Positions 34,863 through 45,486 of a stretch of 45,486 nucleotides of DNA are shown piece by piece (position 1 is the first letter of the stretch; every line of letters starts with the position of its first letter). Position numbers and translations under genes: made by a program. Source of the DNA: Octopus bimaculoides (Eukaryota); contig NC_068984.1 of NCBI RefSeq assembly GCF_001194135.2, positions 88,824,145 to 88,869,630 on the forward strand, written 5' to 3'. Under the pieces are notes generated by a model, which ran no database searches, was not told where the DNA came from, and saw only the letters and a program-made list of their open reading frames with translations.

Positions 34863-35185
34863 GGGTATGAATTTAAAGTGTATCCGGTAGTAGGACCCTG
34901 ATACAGGAGAACCAGGCTTTTGAGGAGCACGGAATCAACTTCTTAGCCATTGTTGTTCCCAGGTTTATTCTGATCAAGAATAGCAGCACATGTTAGGGTC
35001 CTAGCTATGTGATAGCTAGCATGTGAACCACAAAAAATGAAGGACCCCGAATTCTCGTTAGAACTTCCTTCTAGAAGGTAAGCTCATATATAAAATCTGA
35101 AATGCAGTTGGTTTCTGGTCGTTTCATCATGTGTTGCGCCACTGGTGTTATAGAAGATTGTGCTGAAAAGTGAGTTCAGTGAACT
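34863..35185 (+). mobile_element. Non-coding interspersed repeat (copy 3) sharing the RTE 5' module
   Basis: Aligns with 92-430 over ~320 bp and with 13740-13890 over the first half. Confidence 0.7.
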
Positions 35186-36769
35186 AAACAAAACGGGTGG
35201 CGGATGGCAAAGGTGCGGTGGCAGTTGTTTAAAATGCTAATTTCAGACAGTTAGGCTTCAGTTGACTGACTTATATAATAGTAATTCTTCTTCAGATATT
35301 GAGTACTCTTCTTTCTCCTCTTCGTCTTCACTAATGCGTGTGGGTATAAATGTGTGTGAATATCTATCTATTTATGTATAGAAGCATGCATGCATATATA
35401 TTTGAATGTGTGTATGTATGTATGTATGTATGTATGTATGTTTGTATGTATGTATTTTTGTATACTGGTATGTATGCATTTATGTGTTTTAAGCATGTAA
35501 GCATTTTTGCGGCGAGGTGTATTAAAGAAAGAAAGTCTTTGAATAAATCGATTGTTACGTATCAGAATTTGTAGATAATGTATCTATCTTGAGATATTAA
35601 TGAACCCTTCAAGTTAACAATACTTCGATACATTCGACTAGATTTACATGGTCATGTTTAGTGTATTTACATTGATAAGGTGCGATTGTATCTTTTGATA
35701 AGAGCGAACTCATTAAAGAGAGCAGAGTGACCATTAGATAAATGGTTTTTGAGATGCAATCAGTGATAGTAAGGTTAAAAGGTATAATGAGGAAAGTAGA
35801 TTGTGAAAGGGATGATGGGGACAGGCTGGCGAGAAAATAATCTTGTCAGTTACAAAAATAAGCGGAGGAGTGGGTTTGATGTAGTTGGTTAAAATGCTTA
35901 CCATGTTGGTAATTTTTGACAAGCCAGTAGAGCGAGGAGAATGAGCATGAATGTATGGAGAAAAGGGCATAAACATTAGTTTGATATCGAGGCAGAAAAT
36001 TTCGAAAAATAACGACATGTAGAAAGGTAATAAAAAAGGCGGAACATGAAGGAAAAGGACATTAAAAAAAAAAAAATCTACATTATATGTTGCTTAAAAT
36101 GAACCAAAGATAATTCACGATTGTACGAGCTGATAAGTTGGTTATCTATCGATACACGCACCTTGAGTCTATTACCGAAAGTTTGACAAAATCTTTTGAC
36201 AACTTTCTAAAGAAAATATACAGTTCAAGCAGAACAAGAAAGATAAAGTGATATGAAGCAAAAGGATGAAGTCTGACAGATGTCTGCCTAGCTCAGCCAA
36301 GCGTCCAGTCCGACTGTGATTTAAATACGATTCATAAAACCTCAACAAAAGCCCCATCATGGCCGGCCGGAATTCAATAGCAAAATTCCCACGAAACATG
36401 TGTTTGTTTTGCGGAGTCAACGTTATCAAATTTATTTGAAATCAAATTAGCACTTTACGACCTACCCAGCTATCAAATAGCTTTAAAACTCCTACGTCTT
36501 AAAATACCATCACAAACTAATTTTAGTGTTTCGTTTAGTTATCTTTTTCTAGTGTTGTGCTTTATAATTTCTTTCTCTACACAAGTACTCCAAGGTGACT
36601 TTTCAATTATTCCATGTTTTACAGACAGCTAGCCCATTTACACTTTCACTCGTTTAAAAATCCTAAAAATAGTAAGACATCTTCAAAATTGAATTCTTTC
36701 ATAAATCGTTTCTTTTCAAGAATAAATTTAGATTGGTTTCCATGAATGGTTTCTAATAATCCGTTCTAT

Positions 36770-36946
36770 TATAAGCACAAAGCCTGAAATTTTTGGAGAA
36801 GGGGCTGATATCGGCTCCAATGTGCAACTCCGAAGGGTGAAAGGCAAAGTCTACCGCAGTGGAGGTTGAACTCGGAATGTGAAACCAGAAGAAATACCGC
36901 TAAACATTTTGTCCGGCGTGCTCCCGATTCTGGCAGCTCGCTGCTT
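36770..36946 (-). mobile_element. tRNA-derived SINE (15452 family)
   Basis: Reverse complement gives gcagcgagctgccagaatcgggagcacgccggacaaaatgtttagcgg..gagttcaa.. Confidence 0.8.
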
Positions 36947-37615
36947 GAAAGAGTTCTATTAAGGTAGTTCTTCAATTTCAGGCTATCAGTGAAATGTGCT
37001 ATCCTTAACAGGAATTACTATACGGGTGGTGTTGGTTTCTTTGTTTATTTTATGGCATTGTTTTTCTAATAAAGTAAGATTAACCTACTGAGTTGACGTC
37101 AATATATTTATATATTTACTAATAGTTATTTCATGATCTCAATGAGTTGTGAAAAACTAAAGGAAGCCTGTTAATCCTAAATATTATAGATATTAATATA
37201 TTAGGTTCGGTTGGTCAATGTTATCGCTATTTTCGTATCTGGTACCGATGAGAAGTAAGAGTTCGAAATCAGTCTAATAAGAAGCGCACTGAGCTAAGTT
37301 GTTTTACACCTTTTTGTCTCAAGCAAAGATTTTTTCCCCTTGAGAATGAAAAAAGCCTTTTACTGGACAAAAAATTCACTAGAACTGGCAGTAAGTTTGA
37401 AAAGAGGAGTATTTTGCAATGGTAGTGTTGGTAGATACAAAGAGCCTGAAGGCCTGGCTGCAAGTAAAGAGGTGAGAGAGCTTACAGGGTGTTATCCGTT
37501 GTTTTCTTGATGGTCCACTACTTTGAATGGGTATTTTACGGAACAGCTCCAAATGAACACAAGCATTTTCAGCGGGAATAAAACTCCCGTTTGAGACCCC
37601 GCACAAGCAATTTGA

Positions 37616-37694
<79 letters not shown>

Positions 37695-38669
37695 TACTTC
37701 AACTCTCCGACCCTTATAAGACGAATAAAGTACGGGACCGTCAAAGCATGTCTGCAGTTTCATATATAAAGCAACAATAATAATACTTGCAATGATTTCC
37801 AACATAATCATAAGGTCGTAAACTAGTGAAGGGGGAATGATGTAGTAGACTGAATTGTTTCTATTGCTTGCAGTATATAATCGATAATTAATTCGCTGTT
37901 ACTGGGACGATGAAATGCATTGATACCCTTGGTAGAAATTGAACTCAATACATACCTACATACATACATACATACATACATACATACATACATACATACA
38001 CACAATGTACGTATATACATACCTACATGTATGCATGCACACACCCATACACACACGTACGCGCGCGCGCACGTATGTATAGTATATGGTCTCGTGAACC
38101 AGGCAGACACTTTTGCCTGCTGTATCTCATAGTTCAATACATCGGCCAAGAGTTACTTTAGTTGCTCTTTTTAGGTACACTGAACAGCCCCTCGCTTCGC
38201 TTTTCACGAGACATAAGTATGTCAATTTTTTCATTGTCCATTCTTGGGTAAAAATCCTCAGGCAAAGAAGCGCGCACCTCTGTGACACGCTGTTGCCACG
38301 CTTCTTTCTCTGACTGGGTTCTATCCAGAAGTGTTGTCAGTAAAACTACCGCTATTTCCATTAACATTCGTACTCAGCAAAATATGTATTTCAGTGTGTG
38401 GGAGTGTGTTTCATTGTTGTTATTTAACTGTTACTATACCTGTCCTTACTAGTTTTAATAAATACAGAAAAATATCAATATCTCCTTCCTCGACAGCGGG
38501 GGTGCTCCTTCCCATAATATTTATGCTCAGTTTTTATTATATATTCATTGTCAGTATATTTCTTTATTTATTTGCTTTCTGTTGAATTATTGAGGATAGG
38601 TCTCTTTCCAGTTAATATGTGTCATCTTAAATTGAATGCACCCACAGTGAATGAATGTTTAAAATGTTA

Positions 38670-38749
38670 TCTTAATATATAAAGCAGAGTTTGTGTGTGT
38701 ATGTGTGTGTGCGTATGTTCCTTATGCATTCGAAATCTTAATATATAAA

Positions 38750-38798
<49 letters not shown>

Positions 38799-39182
38799 GT
38801 GTGTGTACGTGTCTGTATTCTTTATGCATTTGAAAACTTAGTTGCCGATTTTGACGTATGGGGTATCAAATGATTCAGTAATCTTTCGGCTATCAAATAA
38901 ACTTTATTTTCATTTACATATTTGCATTACAAACATTTAACATTATAATTTTTCTATAAGTTAACTATTGTAAACGACATTTTATACCACGCACGATTAC
39001 GACGATGACGACGACGACGACAATGAAACGTTCTATATGAGTGTGTAAGTGTCTGTGAGTGTGCGTGTTTGTGTGTTCTTTACGTACTTTAGTCCGATGA
39101 CCGAGAAGTATATGTGCGTGAGCGTATGTGACGATGTGTGTGTCAATATACATACATTTTTGTGACAACTGACACACACACA

Positions 39183-39225
<43 letters not shown>

Positions 39226-39237
39226 ATACACATCTAA

Positions 39238-39287
<50 letters not shown>

Positions 39288-39920
39288 ACACACACACAGG
39301 GGGACAGAGATACGCCTGAGGTGTGCGTGAATGTATGTCTCTCCGTGTCTGTCTTAGTATATGTATGTGATGAATGAGGTATCAAAAGATTCAGTAATCT
39401 TTCGGCTACGAAATGAATTTCATTTTCATTTACATATTTGTATTACAAAAAATTTAACATCATAATCTTTTTATAAGTCAGCTATCGTAAGTGATATTTC
39501 ATACCACGACGACGATGTCACATTTTCCATATGAGTGTGTATGTGTCTGTGAGTGTGTGTTTGTTTGTGCGTTCGTTACGTACATTATAGACCGATTACT
39601 TGGAAGTATGTGTGTGCGAGTGTATGTGACAGTATATGTGTGTGTGAATATACATACATTTTTGCGAGGACTGATACACACACACATGCACATACACACA
39701 CACTAACACACGCATCTAAAGAGAAAGAGCCACACACAGAGGGACTGAGATACGCCTGAGATGTGCGTGAATGTATGTCTCACTATGTCTGTCTTAGTAT
39801 AAGTATGTGAGTGTATGTCAGACTGTATCTGTGTGCAACTGCACGTGTGTGCGACTGTATGTGTGATAATTTTTATACGTTACGCCTCAGACAATTAAAT
39901 ACACACACATCTACACATAC

Positions 39921-39977
<57 letters not shown>

Positions 39978-42013
39978 AGTGTGTATGTGTCTGTAAGTGT
40001 GTGTGTGTGTTTCTGTGTTCGTTACGTCTATAGTAAACTATAGTGAAAAAAATTTTACGTCGTTTTAATGAGCCCACATCTGATGATGTAGCCATCCTTA
40101 CGGTAGGTGATCCTCATGAAAATCGTGATATTCTCATTCGTGCTGAAGATAACAACTTTAAATGTGTTTCAGAGGCTCATCCCTCTTATGACGCTCTCCA
40201 GTACCCTCTTATTTTGTGGAATGGACAAGATGGGTATCATTTTAATATTCAACAGATTGAACCTGCAACGTGAGAGCCAATTACAAAAAAGTGTCGTCAA
40301 ATGACTTCTATTCTTACCAACTGATGTTAAGAACAAAACAATCAAATCAATTATACATGTATCGTGATCTATTTCAACAATACCTGGTTGACATATGCTA
40401 AAGTTGTGAGTGAGCGTCTCTTCTACATTCGTAAGAATCAAAAAAGTTAAGGGCTAAAAATTATGTTCATTTCCAAGATGCTCTGAGGACAGATGGTGAT
40501 ATTCAAAACATTAAGCAACTTATAATCCCCCATCATATAATTCACATGTGGTCCTCGATATATGCGCGAATGAACAATCAAGAAAGCCAGATCGTTTTAT
40601 CACTTTAACCTGCAATCCTAAATGGGAGGAAATCTAACCTTCTTCCAGTGTTGCATCTTCTGGTATTGCAGCTACCCTCCTCGATGGTGAAAGAACTGCT
40701 CATTCTATGTTTAAGCTCCCTCTAAACCTTACAATGAAAGAATTTCAAGTGTGCAACATTTCCAAAAATTCTGCAGTTCTCCCACAAACTTGCCTCATTG
40801 TTTGGGATGAGTACACAATGTCACATCGTGGAGCTCTAGAGGTACTTGACCGTACCCTCCAAGACTAAAAAACAATAGCACGCTGATGGAAGGTGTAACT
40901 GTTCTTGCAGGAGATTTTCGTCAAACGTTGCCATTTATCCCCAAAGGATCAAAAACTGATGAGGTCAATGCATGCTTTAAAAAAAAATCGAACCTTTGGA
41001 GACGTGAAAAAAGTTCATCTTACAAGCAACATGAGAGTACTTCTACAAGGTGATCATATGAGTTTCTTAAGATTGGTAATGGGATATTAACATTCATCTC
41101 AAGACTTCAGCTACATGAAATTATATGCGATCAAATGATTCTTTCTCTTAGGGATCTTATGGATAATGTATTTCCTAATTTATCTGTCAATTACACTGAT
41201 GTAAGCTGGCTATGTGAAAGAGCTATACTGGCTCCAACTAATGAAATGGTTGATAAACTCAATCATGAACTTCTTCAAAATTTAACAAATACATCAGAAA
41301 TGACTTTTCGATCAATTGACAACAGTCGATCAAGATCAAGTTGTTCAATATCTTGTTAGATTTTTTGTTGTTCAATATCTTGTTGAATTTCACACTTAAA
41401 CCCGCTGGGATGCCATCGCATAACTTGACACTAAGACTTTGTACTCCCATTATGTTGCTTAGGAATTTTGACCCATCTCACCTGTGTAATGGAACTCGCT
41501 TAATTGTTACTTCCATGAAGCCTTATGTGCTACAGGCAACAATCATAATAGGTAGTAACAAAGGAGAAAATGTCTTTATTCCAAAAATTCCTCTCATACC
41601 TACAGATGTTCCATTTGAATTTAAGACGCTTCAGTTTCCAGTTAAACTAAGTTTTGGCATTTCAATTAATAAATCTCAGGGTCAATCCCTCAAGGTAGCT
41701 GCACTTGATCTCGCTGCTACATGCTTCTCCCACAGCCAACTCTATGTTGCTTGCTTGCGACTTGGAAGCAGCGACAATTTATTCGTTTCGATACCAAAAA
41801 AAAAAAAAAATTACACAATGAATATTGTTTACCCTGAGGTGCTTCAACATCGACAGATTTTCTGTTCGAAATTCTATTATGATTACAATTTGAATATTTT
41901 AAGATAAAATATAGATATTTTGAAATAATTAAGAGAATATATCTTTGTATTTATTGTATACTAATCTGAATAAGAACAGCAGTAACCAGGACAACGCCGG
42001 GTCATTCAGCTAG
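38670..42013 (+). mobile_element. Helitron, non-autonomous deletion derivative
   Basis: A|TC 5' end, subterminal GC hairpin ccaggacaacgccggg, CTAG|T 3' end, RepHel remnants inside. Confidence 0.85.
40035..41870 (+). pseudogene. Helitron RepHel remnant (Rep N-part plus Pif1-family helicase)
   Basis: YDALQYPL, FQQYLVD, FITLTCNPKWEEI, VASSGIAATLLDGERTAHSMFKLP, IVWDE, GDFRQTLP, AILAPTN, LLRNFDPSHLCNGTRL, QFPVKLSFGISINKSQGQSL, SHSQLYVA. Confidence 0.93.
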
Positions 42014-42207
42014 TAAATGATGGGCTTTATTACTTTCCCAGTACAGNNNNNNNNNNNNNNNNNNNNNNNNNNNNNNNNNNNNNNNNNNNNNNNNNNNNNN
42101 NNNNNNNNNNNNNNNNNNNNNNNNNNNNNNNNNNNNNNNNNNNNNNNNNNNNNNNNNNNNNNNNNNNNNNNNNNNNNNNNNNNNNNNNNNNNNNNNNNNN
42201 NNNNNNN

Positions 42208-42400
42208 GGTTTCAAATTTTGGTAAAAGACCAGCAATTTCAGGTGAAGGGGTAAGTCGATGACAACGACTCCAGTGCTCAACTGGTACTTATATTATGGA
42301 TCCCTAAAGGATGAAAGGCAACTGGACTTCCGCAGAATTTGAACTCAGAACTAAGTGTTTTGCCCAGCGTATTAACCTTTCTGCCAGATTGTCGCCTTAA
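42208..42400 (-). mobile_element. tRNA-derived SINE (15452 family)
   Basis: Reverse complement matches the array units. Confidence 0.8.
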
Positions 42401-42401
<1 letters not shown>

Positions 42402-42463
<62 letters not shown>

Positions 42464-42468
42464 TAATA
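42402..42468. repeat. (TAA)n microsatellite
   Basis: Visible run. Confidence 0.95.
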
Positions 42469-42904
42469 ATTTTTTTAATGCTATAAGGAAGACGGATTGT
42501 GACATTCCAAGGGTAAATAATAATGATTTGACAATGCGTTCTCCATGAAGTGGTTAAACTAGTATTTTTCGAAATTGCCGCACTCACATATCCTTTTTAT
42601 TGTCGAAATGAAACAACTAGCCTAGTGTCAAGAGAACGAAACCATAAATGAAAAGAAAAAAGTCAATTGGCGTACAAGTTACCGAGTAACTTAAGGTAAA
42701 GGGATTAACTAGAAAAGAAAGGCTACATAGAACATAGCAAAGCAAGAACGCACTTGCTTGTACCGGTGGAATTTAGATGAAGTGGTAGTAATGAGGACTT
42801 CGATGGGCTCTTTCCTAAGCTGATGTTATTAAATAAAGATGATAGCTACATAGATTAACGAAATGAGCAGGCACCATGCTCATTTATCTACCTTTATGCA
42901 TACC

Positions 42905-43281
42905 TTTGACTGGCTTCAGTCATTGGACTACGGCCATGCTGGGGCACTACTCTGAGGGGCTTTAGCCGAAAAAAATCGATCCCAGCACTTATTAATGTTA
43001 AAGTCTGGTACTTTAAAAAGGCTACTAGTTGCAAAACTGCTAAGTTTCGGGGACGTAAACAAACCAACACCTGTTGTCAAAAGGTGTGGCACACGCGCGC
43101 GCGCACATATATATAATATATACAACGGGCTTCTTTCAGTTTCTCTCTGCCATATCCTCTCACAAGGCTTTGGTCGGCCCATGGCTATATTAAAAGACAC
43201 TAGCCCATGGTACCACACAGTGGGACTGAACCCGAAACTATATGGTCGGAGCACAAACTGCTAACCACACAGCCATGCCTC
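42905..43281 (-). mobile_element. Full-length tRNA-derived SINE (24356 family)
   Basis: Reverse complement: ggcatggctgtgtggtt..gggttcagtcccact..ccgaccaaagccttgtgag..ccagcatggccgtagtccaatgactgaa. Confidence 0.9.
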
Positions 43282-43769
43282 TGTCTCTACACAGCCACAC
43301 ATGTTGAATGGGTGTTTGTCGGTGACAAGAGTTATGTAGTCTAATGTTAATAAATTCTGGTGAACCAAGTTTGCAACCGGGTTTATTTTCTGCTCGTTAC
43401 AGTATCACTTACCCTAGTGTTAATAATTTTGAAAATTGCAAGAATACTACAACATCAATTTCTCCATCATTTGAAATCAGTAAAACTAGTCATCTGTTGA
43501 TAGAATACTTTTTGACCATAAAATTTCAAGCGATTGATTCTATAACCTTAGTGTATAGAATATATGTTCATGTTCTTGTCTGTGCTTATTTAACTGTGTC
43601 CGGTTGCGTCCCTGTACATCATAAATATGACCCGGCGGGAAGATAAATACATGTTGATAAAGTATGTACCTGACTGAAAACCTTGGCGGTTAAAAATAAA
43701 AGAATATGCGTGTGTGTGTGCGTGGCTGTGTTGGAGTTGTGTGTATGTTTGTGCGTATATTTTAACATA

Positions 43770-43795
43770 TCTATATATATAAAAATGAGAATGTG

Positions 43796-43846
<51 letters not shown>

Positions 43847-45199
43847 GTGAATTCCTAAAACTCGAGAACTACACAACCAATTTCATTCAAATTTTACAGA
43901 TGCCTTACTTAGGGTTCCAGTTGTGTTTTAGTCAAAAAAACATTTTAACTTCTTGCAGAGTTCGAGCCCACAGCAACATAATATTTCCTCCACTATTTAA
44001 GTATTACGTGTCAAAAGTGAAACAAAAACACTCATGTCAAATACTTTCACTTTAAAAATGAAACTATTCTACTAACTGAAACAATCNNNNNNNNNNNNNN
44101 NNNNNNNNNNNNNNNNNNNNNNNNNNNNNNNNNNNNNNNNNNNNNNNNNNNNNNNNNNNNNNNNNNNNNNNNNNNNNNNNNNNNNNNNNNNNNNNNNNNN
44201 NNNNNNNNNNNNNNNNNNNNNNNNNNNNNNNNNNNNNNNNNNNNNNNNNNNNNNNNNNNNNNNNNNNNNNNNNNNNNNNNNNNNNNNNNNNNNNNNNNNN
44301 NNNNNNNNNNNNNNNNNNNNNNNNNNNNNNNNNNNNNNNNNNNNNNNNNNNNNNNNNNNNNNNNNNNNNNNNNNNNNNNNNNNNNNNNNNNNNNNNNNNN
44401 NNNNNNNNNNNNNNNNNNNNNNNNNNNNNNNNNNNNNNNNNNNNNNNNNNNNNNNNNNNNNNNNNNNNNNNNNNNNNNNNNNNNNNNNNNNNNNNNNNNN
44501 NNNNNNNNNNNNNNNNNNNNNNNNNNNNNNNNNNNNNNNNNNNNNNNNNNNNNNNNNNNNNNNNNNNNNNNNNNNNNNNNNNNNNNNNNNNNNNNNNNNN
44601 NNNNNNNNNNNNNNNNNNNNNNNNNNNNNNNNNNNNNNNNNNNNNNNNNNNNNNNNNNNNNNNNNNNNNNNNNNNNNNNNNNNNNNNNNNNNNNNNNNNN
44701 NNNNNNNNNNNNNNNNNNNNNNNNNNNNNNNNNNNNNNNNNNNNNNNNNNNNNNNNNNNNNNNNNNNNNNNNNNNNNNNNNNNNNNNNNNNNNNNNNNNN
44801 NNNNNNNNNNNNNNNNNNNNNNNNNNNNNNNNNNNNNNNNNNNNNNNNNNNNNNNNNNNNNNNNNNNNNNNNNNNNNNNNNNNNNNNNGCATCTTTGCCT
44901 CCACTGATTCACTTGCAAAGTGTTGAGTAAAATTATTTCGTTGCAGACCTCCTTTGGGTCTTTTTATTATCACTACGACACACATAGTCCCCAGTTGGTA
45001 ACATTGATTTCAAGGCCCTCCTAGATGAGAGACTGGCATTCCACTTAATGTCTATGTTCCATGCTGGCATGGATTGGAGAGTTATTAATGTAGAAATATG
45101 GTATCATAGCTACTAACAGTTGAGAGTTGCGTAGTCTAGACGGCGTTTTTAGATTTCATTATTCTCTTTAACCCGGGCAAAGCCGGGTATTTCTGCTAG
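43770..45199 (+). mobile_element. Non-autonomous Helitron termini; the two ends are separated by a gap and may be different copies
   Basis: A|TCTATATATATAAAAATGAG plus (GTCT)n at the 5' end; hairpin cccgggcaaagccggg plus CTAG|T at 45172-45200. Confidence 0.6.
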
Positions 45200-45219
45200 T
45201 ATATATATATATATATATA

Positions 45220-45438
45220 CAGGATTGGGCAAAAGTCACCTGACATTAAATCCCAAGATTTATTTATGTTTAACAACTGAATGAATTTAATAAAAGAATC
45301 TATATATGAAACATCATGAACATTGTTCAGACTAAAGTCCTTCTTGAGCGACACATTTTTCCATTCGAGTCGATACAGAATTACAGATAATATTTATGAA
45401 ATTTTGATTTACTGTCGGGTGATTTTTGGCTAGCCCTA
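45220..45438 (-). mobile_element. Tc1/mariner-superfamily MITE, copy 2 (inverted relative to copy 1)
   Basis: Same TIRs and internal sequence as 12099-12331; TA on both sides. Confidence 0.88.
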
Positions 45439-45486
45439 TATCATCATCATCATCAACATCATCATCGTTTAACGTCCGCTTTCCAT

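Noticed and set aside
36300-36460. Cluster of TTTATGA/GTCGTAAA/TGATTTAA homeodomain-like sites as a conserved enhancer
   Set aside because: Short AT-rich motifs are expected by chance; no conservation evidence is available from sequence alone.
38110-38367. Minus-strand 69-aa ORF as a host exon
   Set aside because: No domain, weak splice signals, and interrupted downstream; cannot be supported.
1-45486. Fanzor/TnpB, protocadherin, C2H2 zinc-finger or other host gene
   Set aside because: No RuvC-like, cadherin or C2H2 motifs found in any frame I could inspect; small exons of a large gene cannot be excluded.

Overview
AT-rich, microsatellite-dense eukaryotic DNA with several assembly gaps. I found no recognisable host protein-coding gene, rRNA, true tRNA or CRISPR array. 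The SINE families and repeat landscape look like a coleoid cephalopod (Octopus-like); this rests on my recall of repeat families and is unverified. The window is a transposon graveyard. DNA transposons: a full-length cecropia/Hsmar1-type mariner with TIRs and TA TSD, an older mariner remnant, two copies of a Tc1/mariner MITE, a hAT-like MITE, a long-TIR foldback element and two Helitrons. LTR elements: a miniature Gypsy-derived element with a tRNA-Trp PBS, and a solo LTR with a 5-bp TSD. Non-LTR elements: CR1-like, RTE and RLE-type (R4/Dong-like) LINE remnants, many tRNA-derived SINEs, and Penelope-type repeats with minimal hammerhead motifs. The best leads are RNA-level and insertion-mechanism features: (i) an RTE LINE split into back-to-back halves, as twin priming would produce; (ii) a structured 5' module with compensatory base changes shared by this LINE and two non-coding elements; (iii) variant-core hammerhead motifs; (iv) a SINE array with identical 17-bp linkers; (v) RT-less LTR and LINE derivatives. 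No new biological system is demonstrated; these are leads to test.
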